A DNA stretch of 64,000 nt from Narcine bancroftii. Its lineage: Eukaryota. Made by a program: the position numbers and the translations under genes. The notes beneath the pieces were generated by a model. That model did not search any database. It was not told the origin of the DNA and saw only the letters and a program-made list of their open reading frames with translations. The number at the start of each line of letters is the position of its first letter. The stretch's first letter is position 1. The stretch covers positions 116,436,001 to 116,500,000 of the forward strand of contig NC_091469.1 of the NCBI RefSeq assembly GCF_036971445.1, read 5' to 3'. Of this stretch, positions 1-10,264 are shown one piece after another.

Positions 1-2132
1 GAGCCGAGTAAAAGTGCGCAACCGCGCATGCGCGAAGTTTCGCGCATGCGCGATGCGAATGAAAAAAAACACACCGACGGGAGGGGGGACCAGCTGGGGA
101 GTCGATCTCCACAGCCGGCAACGACAGCTGCAGAACACCTGCAGCAAGAAGAGACCACAGAAGACAACAGAAACAAGAAAGAAGAGGAGGAAAGGGCAAC
201 AAAGAAACAACAGATGGCCAACCCAGAGGAAGAAGAAGAGGAAGAGTATGGTGAAATAGAAGAAGAAAAGAGAGGCAAGGTAAAGGATATACTTGCTCTT
301 ATTAGAGGATACATGGAATCATTTAAAGAATGGCAAACACAGGAATTTAAGGATTTAAGAAAAAGAATAAACAACACAGAAGAGAAAATAAATAAAATGG
401 AGATGACCTTAACAGAAATGGGAAAGAAAATGGACAAGATGGAAGAGCGGGCAGTAGCAGCAGAAATGGAGGTAGAAGACTTAAAAAAGAAATTGGAGAA
501 ATCTAATAAAAAAACTAAAGAGACACAAGAACTACTAGCTCAAAAAATAGATACAATGGAAAACCATAACAGAAGAAATAACATAAAGATAGTGGGCCTT
601 AAGGAAGATGAAGAAGGCAAGAATATGAGGGAGTTTATAAAAGAGTGGATCCCTAAGACCCTAGGATGTCCAGAACTACAGCAAGAATTGGAAATAGAAA
701 GGGCACATAGAGTATTGGCCTCTAAACCACAACCACAACAAAAACCAAGATCTATTGTAGTAAAATTCCTAAGATATACTACAAGAGAAAAGGTACTGGA
801 GAAGACAATGGAAAAAGTAAGAGAGGGCAACAAACCACTGGAGTATAAAGGGCAAAAAATCTTCATTTATCCAGATATAAGTTTTGAACTCCTAAAGAAG
901 AGAAAAGAGTTCAATACAGCAAAGGCGATTTTATGGAAGAAAGGGTATAAATTTATACTAAAGCATCCAGCGGTATTGAAAATATTTATTCCAGGACAAC
1001 AAAACAGACTATTCTCGGATCCAGAAGAAGCACGAAAATTTGCAGAACAATTACAAAAATAGACTGAGGGAGGAAGACGGGTAATGAGAGTTAAGATGAT
1101 CACAATTGATATGTATGTGGGTAAAGACAAAAATAGACTGAGGGATGAAGACGGGTAATGAGAGTAAAAATGATCACGATTGATATGTATGCGGGTAAAG
1201 AGGTATAAGAGTGAATAGAGACAAGGAGCATACGTGAATGTATCTGTACTTAGAGGAAAATATAGATAGTATAGACAAGAATTAATAAGGGAAGGTAATG
1301 GAATAGAGAGAATAAGGAGGGAATTAAAAGAGTGACCTTTGTGACATATGAAAAGTGAAATCTTTTCTGGGGGAGGCGGGGTGGGGGGAAATAGCGGTCA
1401 CTGCAAAATCAGTTGACGCTTGCGAGTGGATTCGCAAATCCAAATGGAGAGGGGAGATGTGGTTGTCCGACAAGGGATAAAGGACAACTCAGGAGGTGAA
1501 TGGGAGATTGGGAATAAATAAGATAGAAATAGGAGAATAAGGAAAATGTTGGATGTTGTAGGAATGTTGTCTTATAAAGAGTTGAAAATAAGAAAACAGA
1601 AATGGAAAAGGAGGAAAGGTAAAGATGGAAAAACGGAAAGAGAAGATAAACAAAATATAAAAGGGCTACGCTGAACTATATGTCTTTAAATATTAATGGA
1701 ATACATAACCAAATTAAAAGGAATAAACTACCAAATTTAAATGAATAAATGTATTCCATTAGAAAAAATAACATATTGGTTAAGAAATAATATTGAAATA
1801 TTCGAACAAGTATAGGAGCCTTACATTAAATACAATAGCGAAAACCTACCGGGGACAAACATTACCTAAGTTGATGGAAGGAGAAGGAAAGAAAAGAATG
1901 GACTCAGTAGAATTTCTGGTGTAATTTTGTTGAATGACAACATTGTCTGACTGGATTAATGCAACCTAGATTGTATACCTAAAATGGATGAGGGGGGGGG
2001 TGGGGGGGTGGTTTGGGAGGAAAGGGGGGGGGGAGAAAAAGTCACTGTATATGTGTGAAAAAGAAATTGTGTATATCATGGCTAATGTGATTTATGGTGT
2101 GAAAAATAAAAAAAATTTAAAAAAAAAAAAAA
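1..2132 (+). mobile_element. L1-clade non-autonomous element (ORF1 only, ORF2 internally deleted); 5' end outside the window
   Basis: ORF1 at 28..1062; start of an APE endonuclease (YMSLNINGIHNQIKR, ~1677-1722) joined directly to an ORF2 C-terminus-like segment (NKCIPLEKITY); G-rich 3' UTR, AATAAA and poly(A) ending ~2132. Confidence 0.85.
28..1062 (+). CDS. L1 ORF1p-like protein (coiled coil + RRM + CTD), intact; true start may be the ATG at 214
   Basis: Uninterrupted 344-aa ORF with heptad coiled coil and motifs ENHNRRNNIKIVGLKE, IERAHR, PRSIVVKFL, IFIYPDIS typical of vertebrate L1 ORF1. Confidence 0.9.
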   Translation: MREVSRMRDANEKKHTDGRGDQLGSRSPQPATTAAEHLQQEETTEDNRNKKEEEERATKKQQMANPEEEEEEEYGEIEEEKRGKVKDILALIRGYMESFKEWQTQEFKDLRKRINNTEEKINKMEMTLTEMGKKMDKMEERAVAAEMEVEDLKKKLEKSNKKTKETQELLAQKIDTMENHNRRNNIKIVGLKEDEEGKNMREFIKEWIPKTLGCPELQQELEIERAHRVLASKPQPQQKPRSIVVKFLRYTTREKVLEKTMEKVREGNKPLEYKGQKIFIYPDISFELLKKRKEFNTAKAILWKKGYKFILKHPAVLKIFIPGQQNRLFSDPEEARKFAEQLQK

Positions 2133-3075
2133 GATCCCCATCTCCTCTGCCTCCAGACACATGTTCCCCTTTGTATACCTGAGCAATTCTACCCTCACTT
2201 CAGTCATCCTCCTGTTCTTCAGAATCCCTTGAGGCTTTCCGTAATCCTGCTTGTCATGGCCTTCTCATGTCCTCTTCCAGCTCTCCGAGGTCCCTTCCTA
2301 TGTTCTCTCCTGGCTATCTTACAACTCTCAAGAGTCCTGCCTAATTTTGGCGTCCTGAACCTTGTGTATGCTTCCTTCTTCCTGTTAACCAAATGTTTCA
2401 CATCTCTTTATCCTACCATCCTTTCTCTGTCTCAAATGGGCCAAACCTATCCAGAACTTCATATTTCTGCTCTGAGAGAACCTCTGTTCCCAGTTTACTT
2501 GCCCAAGTTCTTGCCTGATCCCATTGTAATTAGCTCTTCCCCATTTCATCTGCTCCTATCCTTGTCCAAGCCATTGATAGAGGTCAGGGAGTTGTGGTCA
2601 TTATCTCCAAAATGTTCGCCCACCAAGAGCAGCCACCTGACTAGGTTCATTGCCCAGGATAAGATCCAGTATGGCCTCTCCTCTAGTAAGCCTGTCCACA
2701 TGCAGTGTCAGGAATCTTTCTTGAACACACCTAACAAATTCTGCCCCATGTAACACTGTTGCACTAAGGAAGCGTCAGTCAATATTAAGCAAGTTGAAGT
2801 CCACTGTGACAACAACCGTGTTATTTTTGCACCTTTCCAAAATCTGCCTGGTTATCTGCCCCTCAGTGGCCGGGAGGCTACCAAGGGAACAAAAGAACAC
2901 TCCCAATACACTGTAGAGCTATTGTTCCCTTCCACCCACACTGAATCAACAGACAAGCCCTCCACAGCAGTAATACTATCCCTGATTAGCAATGCCACTC
3001 TTGCCCCCCTTTACCACTGTGTCCCCATCCCTTTTGAAACAAGAAACAGCCAATCTTGCTCAAAACAGTCAAGTG
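2133..3075 (-). mobile_element. Degenerate CR1 LINE fragment (endonuclease/linker region)
   Basis: Minus ORF 2219..2401 (RKKEAYTRFR...RRAGRGHEKAM) resembles the CR1 ORF2 linker in the better-preserved copies at 11.5-12.4 kb and 18.2-18.7 kb. Confidence 0.7.
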
Positions 3076-3364
3076 TCTGGAATGACCACATCTTAATTAC
3101 ATCGCTAAGTTCATTACCTGCCCTTATTCTGACCTATTATTTTTCTCCATTAGTTATCTGTTCAATTACTTTATTGTTTCCCTACCATTATAAACCTTCA
3201 TTTTTAGTTCAAAATTTTCCTTTTGTTCCAGTCATGGTTCCCACTATTCTATTACCTCCAATCTGGTCCCCTCCCCCTTTCCCTGCCTAACAAGACTAAT
3301 GCTTGAGCTTCTGATGCAGTCCTTCTTCCAATGTATCTACCAATAATGGCTGTGCTCCCTTTGT

Positions 3365-3767
3365 CCCAGTGGCCGATGCAGTTTAATCTGGATAAGTGTG
3401 AGCTGATGCATTTTGGTAGGTAAAACGATAAGGCAGAGTACATGGTCAATAGCAAGATTTTTAACAGTGTGAAAGAATAGAGGGATCTTGGTGTCCAAAT
3501 CCAAAAATCTCTTAAGGCTGCTGCAGTTAAGAAGGCCTATGGGATTCATTTATTGGAGGATTAAGTTCATTACCTGCCCTTATTCTGACCTATTATTTTT
3601 CTCCATTAGTTATCTGTTCAATTATTTTATTGTTTCCCTACCATTATAAACCTTCATTTTTAGTCGAGAGGTCATGCTGCACCTCTACAAATCTCTGGTA
3701 AGTCCATACTTAGAATATTGTGTTCAGTTCTGGTTACCTCATTGCAGGAAGCACGTGGAAACTATAG
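3365..3767 (+). mobile_element. CR1 ORF2 C-terminal fragment, part 1
   Basis: Degenerate MQFNLDKCELMHFG...LEYCVQFWLPH matches the CR1 copies at 10347-11240 and 19419-19796. Confidence 0.75.
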
Positions 3768-5213
3768 CCATTTTCAGGAGGCCACAATACCCGACTGTAA
3801 AGCCGCACATTGTACTCCTGTGCAGCTGTCGGGTGGCCACCTGAAACTGGAGTACCCGGCCAGGAGGGTTTATTTACCTAACCCTTCTCCAGTAGGTGTA
3901 ATATCCTGCTTGAGTATCCCCTGTTGCAGCTGAAAGGAGCAGGGGCTGCCAGAGGGTGGGCTGATGACGTTGCGGTGACGTCATCAGCCATCAACTCCGT
4001 CCTGTAATCTGCAGTGATATCGCAAGACAAGAGAGAGCAGGGAATGAAGATTGCTCGTGTAAAGTGGGAGATTCCACCATAAAGCAATGGGGTTAGGACT
4101 CAACGTACATGCACTTTGGCTGTTCAAGTCATCACATCAATGGTTAATAGGTTGGGAAAGCACCCACGATGCACATCTCCAACTGTATTCTTTATATTTT
4201 TGAACGGTAGTATTTGGATTGCTGGTGGAAAAACAAATTACAGTACTCCTCATTTCAGATGTAAAACACTAGTCTGCAGACTCTGTGATTGCAGAACAAA
4301 CAAAATGCTCGAGAAATTCAGCAGGTCAGACAGCATACTTCATACAGTAAAGATAAAGGTACATAACCAACATGACGGGCTTCAGCCTTCATTTCAGAGT
4401 CTGTGATAAACGTAACATCAAGTGTTCAAATTCAACATGTGCGAATCACGGGGTCATCATGTTGAATTGTAAAGGGTCCAAATGCAATGAGATCGGAAAA
4501 CATTTGTCTTATAAAGCAGGTGCTTCGGACACGCAAACATGCCACACGAGTGGTATATGGAAGGAAAAAAATCTGATTCTTAGTTCGGCCATTTGTTTAT
4601 TCTATTTTCTCCGCCATCGATCTTGTTTACTTGGCATCCAGCTGTGGGGCCCCTGCACCATCCTGTAATGAGGCAAGATGTTCCTCCATTTTCTATTCTT
4701 GATGGGTCATTTCAAAACACTTGTGCGCAAAAGTGCTGGAGAAACCCAGCAGGTCATGCAGCGCCCATAGAAAGCGAAAGGCAACCGACGTTGAGTCTGA
4801 AAAGTCTATTTTTTTTAAAAACTTTAGCTGAATTTTGTATTTCTCCAGTAATTTTGTCCCCTGCTCTAGACCTCAACATCTGCAGGTTTTCTTGTTTACG
4901 CTAATTCTAAACTGACCATTCCCAAAATTAAAACTTCAAAGCACTTTAGTTTTGAAAGTTAATACACACTTTTCCCCACACTTCCTTTCCCTGACCTTTA
5001 ATTGAATGAGGTCGGGGTGGGATCCAAAGCGTGGGCGGGACTAGGCCATAGTCCCGAGGAGGCGGCATTCGCTGGTAGACGGCTATCCATCAACTGGCAC
5101 GCTCAAGTGACAGAAAGGCGTCCACTCCGTGGTCACCTGAACATGCCAGCTGCACTCCCCCAGCCGCGACTGCTGATGCATGATCTTTGTTGGAACACCT
5201 GAAAGCACCTTAT

Positions 5214-6565
5214 GAAATTTACCAGGATGTTACCTAAATTGGAAACTGTCTTATGAGGCAAGGTTAAGGGCTTTTCTCCTTGGAGTGAACAAGGATGAGA
5301 GGCGACTTAATAGAAGTCTACAAGATTTTAAGAGGCTTAGATAATGTAGACAGTCAGTACCTTTTTCCCTTTGGCAGAAGTAGCAAACACCAGAAGATGT
5401 CTGTACAAAATGAAGGAAGGAAAGTTTAAAGGAAACTTTTTTTCTTTGTTACAAGCCCAGAGGACTCCAAAACCCAGCAGCAATAAGAAATTCACCAAGA
5501 CAAATGGCTACTTAAACAAAAGTTGCTTTTAATTTTCTTTAACCATAAAAACAGGATCAAACTTTAATTTATTACTATCAACTTAACTTAACCCCCTTCT
5601 AATTCTAAGCGCACATGTATGTAATGTGCGTATGTTCAGGAAAGTTCTTTGTTTCACAGTCCAATCTCACTTCTCCGAGTTCACCAGTATCAGGCAATTC
5701 TTATACTGTGCTCAGAATTCAACATTTATGAATTTCCACCAGGCTCTGGTGCTTAAAGGTAAATGGTTACCACTCAGGGAGGTTCTTGTTGGTTTCAGAG
5801 AGAGATTTGTTACAAACTGATTTCCTCCAGTCACTTCTGTGTCTTGCCAAAGAAACTTGCCACATCATGGGTTTTCCAAATGATAACCTCTTCTTCCAGA
5901 ATTCCTCTTGCTTCCCTTATTTCAGGAGAAACACTAGCCAGCCATTTCCTCTTGTAAAGACTACAAGGGTTTTGAACAGGCTAAACTCAGAACTCACAAC
6001 CCATCTTCAAAATGGGGTTTTCAACAAGCCTGCCAGCTTGCCATGTGGCAGCCTCAATTGCTACTGTAGAACTGACCTCTCCCACTGCTTGTAAAAACCA
6101 AAACTTCTTGCAGGGCTCCAAACCCAATCTTTGAAAGATCTTTATCAGCACTTAAGCCCAGCTATTTGCACCAGCTTTTGAAGTTCTTTCCCAAAGAGGT
6201 TCCATTGTCTTTGCAAAATCACTGGTGCCTGAATGTCTGTCTTCAGCAAAGCTCTTGCATTTTAAATGAGATGTGAAGAGCAAATATCTGTTTGTGAAGT
6301 GACCTACCCTCACCTTCTATCTCTTTTAAAGACATATTTATATATAATTTTTAAAAAAAACAGACTTGTGGGTGCCTGGAATGCATTGCCAGGAATGCTG
6401 TTGGAGGCTGGAACAATAGGGGCATTTAAGAGACTCTTAGACACGAATGAAAGAAGAATAGAGAGTTATGAGGTAGAGAGGGCTTTGCTTTTTGAGTAGG
6501 TATATATGGGTCAGCACAACATCATGGGCCGAATGGCCTCTGCCATAATGTTCTTTGTTATGTCT
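5214..6565 (+). mobile_element. CR1 3' end, part 2 (continues 3365-3767; interrupted by an LTR at 5447-~6350)
   Basis: FTRML...RMRGDLIEVYKI, then VGAWNALP and a CR1 3' tail (gggccgaatggcct...). Confidence 0.75.
5447..6350 (+). mobile_element. Solo LTR-like repeat, family A (TGTTA...TCACA); 3' boundary approximate
   Basis: Begins tgttacaagcccagaggactccaaaacccagcagcaat, shared with copies at 16803, 26914(-), 33646, 43034 and 60379. Confidence 0.7.
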
Positions 6566-7529
6566 CTATTTCACTGCATAAAAACCTCTAACATTTCCAT
6601 CGGTTTTCCTTCAAAAGCTCCCAAAAAGACCAAGCCTTGAAGAAAAATTTTGGTCAATCTTAATTTTTATTCCATATCTGAAATATTTTAAGATATTTTG
6701 CTTCTATAAAGTATTTAAATGTTCAATCTAATAATAATGGCTTAATTAATGTAATATTCTAATGTCTCTTCAAGACAATCAGATGCAACAACTATGTTCA
6801 AGAGGCATTTAGACACTTAAAAGACAAGATCATATTCAAATGCAGGGGGATTGGTGCAGATGGGCAAAAAGGTCAGCATCGACGTGTGGGCCAAAAGACC
6901 CATTTCTGTGCTGCACAACTCAATGACTTAATAAGTTATATTTCAGGTGGCTGCTCATCTATTAATTGGCATAACCTCATCATCAAAACAGTTCTGTGCG
7001 AAACACCCTACTTCATTACATATTTGAAAACAAGTTGTATTAGATTAGTGAACAGCATTTAATGAGATCATTATAGAAAAGCAAAACTGAATCAGCTGAT
7101 TAAAAGTTTTTAAAAACAGAAATATAACCTCCACCACATTCAGTGACAAATGCTGAGAATTCTTATCATCTGAAACAATTTTTTGAATATTAATTCCTAA
7201 ATTCTGTGATGTACTGACAAGTACACCAATATCAACAATTTCCTAACATTCAAGATTGATAAACATAACCATCCATATAAAACATTATAAAGTTGTGTTA
7301 ATCACAATCGGTCACTGTAAATGCTATGCTTCACCTGGACAATGTATTGACCTCATACCACACAGCAGCAAGTTCTATTGGGGGAGAATGGGGGGAGAAG
7401 GAAGAGCAATCTCAGTGGCATTTGCTGGGGACAAGGGAAAGGGTGGAAGCCTTTTCTGATTTATTGATTTCCAGCATATGTATACTCTCCTCCCCACACC
7501 CTCCACAAACACATAAAACTTTTTCCTAA

Positions 7530-8165
7530 AACCTCACCTCCAAACCACATTCAGTGAGGATTGGTAAGAACATCTCCTCCACAATCTCCATCAGTACCGG
7601 AGCACAACAGGGCTGTGTTCTTAGTCCCCTGCTCTACTCACTGTACACCCTAACCCTATGACTGCATGGCTCAGTACAATAACACCATCTACAAATTTGC
7701 TGACGATACCACGGTAATGGGTTGTATAAAAAGGGGAGAAGAGTCAGCATAGGGAGATTGAAAACTTGGCTGAAGGGTGCACAACAATCTCACACTCAAC
7801 TAAGGAGCTGATTGACTTCAAGAAAGGAAAACCAGTGATCATTGGGGTATCCGAGGTGGAGAGGATCTAAGTTCTTGGGAGTAACTATCTCGGAGGATCC
7901 TTTGTGGACCCACAACACTTAATGTCATGGTGAAGAATACATGTCAGCGCCTCTTCTTCCTCAGGAGTTTGCAGAGGTTTGGTATGACACCAGAAATTTC
8001 TACAGAGGTGTGGTGCAAAGCTGCATCACGGTCTGGTCAAGGGACACCAAGACCTCTGAGCGGAAAGCCCTCCAAAAGGTAGTACAGGCAAAACCCACCC
8101 CACGACTGAGTACATCTCCAGGGCACTGCAGCAATCAACAAGGACCCTCATCATCCAGCCAGCCC
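7530..8165 (+). mobile_element. Rex1/Babar-like LINE RT 3' fragment, degenerate
   Basis: Translates to SVRIGKNISSTISISTGAQQGCVLSPLLYSLYT...IYKFADDTTV; homologous to 25875-26670 and 35335-36450. Confidence 0.75.
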
Positions 8166-8229
8166 ACTTTGTTGTGTTTACATTTCTTTCGCGCTTTGTT
8201 TTGAACGTCCATTAATTGGTAGTTGTGCC

Positions 8230-8790
8230 TCACCAGCGGGGGAAATGGATTTCAGGGTTGCATTCTGACCAGAAATCCCCTGCACTCTTTTCAAACAGTT
8301 GACCGCGATAAGTGGCGGACTGTTCAGCTGGTCCAGACTCTGAATGGAGCAACTCGGCGTCCAGCCAAGGGAGGCTGGGACTGACTGACACAGGTGAAGG
8401 CGATGCCGCTCTCCAGCCCATCCGAGCCCCATCGCCGGGAGAGAGACAACTCCTGGAGTGGGTGAAGCGGGAGCTCCAACTTTTTGAAGAACCCATTCTC
8501 CTCGTCCGGAACGAGTGTGAAGCAGCCGCCGGACTTGCTGCGCGCAGTGGAGGAGGAGGCAAGGACTCAATGGCAGAGCTCAGTTCCCAGCCGACCCGGG
8601 GCACGTCACCAGCCTCCCATCACCCCCCACCACGCTTCACTCCTGCCCGCTCTGATCAATCCCTTCAACGTACTTCTTACCTGCTCGGATCCCGGAAACG
8701 CTAATTCCAAAAAAAAATGGCCGAAATGCCAGTCACACGGATGACCCGCCCTTCAACGACGTCACATCCCGTCCGGAGGAGCGCGTCATT
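8230..8790 (-). promoter_or_regulatory. CpG-rich promoter and probable non-coding first exon (donor CAG|GTAAG after 8681) of a leftward gene, possibly CCDC125
   Basis: Local CpG enrichment; ETS-like CCGGAA (~8692), YY1-like AAAATGGCCG (~8714), CRE-like GACGTCA (~8758); strong minus-strand donor at 8680. Gene identity comes only from the human order CCDC125-AK6-RAD17. Confidence 0.55.
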
Positions 8791-9769
8791 CCCTATTAAA
8801 AATCCTTTGGCCCTTTCTGTCTTCAAGATCTATTGAAAGCAAGTCCATCTGTTGAACCACTGTTCCCACATCCGAGATTTAAAGTTGTTTCTAAACTTCT
8901 CCCTCTCCCAAAGTATTTCCAGCAATTTGCTTTTAGTTCAGAGGTTTGTGAAATTTCGAGGAACCTGAAAGCGAGCAAACTCAGGGAAGGAGAGAGTGGA
9001 CCTCCTGCACTTTCCAACTCCAGGACTGCATCTTACAACATTCAACATGCAGGACTTTTGACCTCAGATTGTTTCCCTGACAAATTAGAAGCCAATTCCA
9101 GGATGCTACACTGCATTTGTTTTGTTCAAATTATAGACACTGGCAACTCAAATAGGTCAGGATTCTAATTAGAGATAGCACTCGATCGCCCAGATTAATG
9201 AAGGGTAGCATCTCGACAAATGATCATGCAAAAACATAAGATGCAAAACATAAAGTTTGGCAAAGTACTTAATTTGTTTATTAAAATACCTAGTTCACCC
9301 TTGGAGTTTCACAGTTTTTTTTTGTTTTTCTAGCTTCTCCAGCACACCAACTTTCAGTTCAAGTCAATATTTTCATTCACAGGGAATTGCAGATGTGTTT
9401 GTACTATGGCTCCTCGAGATGGAGTAGACTTTAAAGGTTTATTAAGTGTTGATTTATATGCTATAATCAAGTTAATGGACCATTATTGTGCACTGACTGG
9501 TTACCCTTGCAAAGGTCTGCAATAATATCCACATTGTCCACAGTAATATTGCCACTAACAGAGCCAACACTGTCAATTTCCAAGTGTTTCAACCACACTG
9601 CTGCAAGATAATCAATGCTGAGGGTCTAATGGAACCTTGCCAAACACCTCCACTCCACCCCACATGCTAATCTTCAATCAGCCCAATGCAATAGAGCTAT
9701 CTTTTCTGAAAATCACGCTAAAAGCATCTTCGAGTGTAACTAGATTGATCAATGCACGTTATGCAATGA

Positions 9770-10264
9770 TTAATTAATTTTTTTTACATCAACTATATTT
9801 GACACCTGAAAAATTAAAAAAATATGGTTCTAATGAATCAGATTTGTGTTTTAAATGTGGTGATACGGTTGGAACTTTTTTTCATGCTATTTGGTCATAT
9901 GCAATCTTTTTGGAACAAAATTCAATCGTTTTTAGAATATTTCTATAAGATTAAAATAGTTTTAGATCCAACAGTATTTTTATTGGGTAGTTTGCAACCT
10001 CTGAAAGGCTTGGGATTAGTTAAGTTCCAGCTTGCTTTTGTATATTTAGCTTTATCCGTAGTGAAAAAATGTATTGCTAGTAAGTGGTAAGATACAAATA
10101 TGACTGATATTAATAAATGGCATAATGAGATGAAATATTGTTTAATAATGGAAAAAATTATGTACGTTGTGCATGATAATTATAATTTTTTATTAATAAG
10201 TGGCTGTTATACTCAGAATATTTACATTTCAATTTATACTGATTAGATATATTAATGTATATTT
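9770..10264 (+). mobile_element. L1 ORF2 C-terminal (zinc-knuckle) fragment
   Basis: FLHQLYLTPEKLKKYG..SDLCFKCG..GTFFHAIW; cut by the CR1 insertion at ~10265. Confidence 0.75.

Noticed and set aside
28-1062. Domesticated L1TD1-like host gene
   Set aside because: It sits in an element with an L1 3' UTR and poly(A), inserted in a CR1, with a related decayed copy nearby; a young TE ORF1 explains it better
2229-2753. 174-aa hydrophobic ORF
   Set aside because: Antisense reading of a decayed CR1
4265-4905. Short 'aaatgctggagaaactcagc' segments (also ~13490, ~24290, ~59350) as ncRNA
   Set aside because: They recur as degenerate dispersed repeat fragments; the family could not be assigned and no RNA gene signature was seen
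8312-8704. 130-aa plus-strand ORF in the CpG-rich region
   Set aside because: GTG start right after a stop, no recognisable homology, and nearby splice signals point to the minus strand
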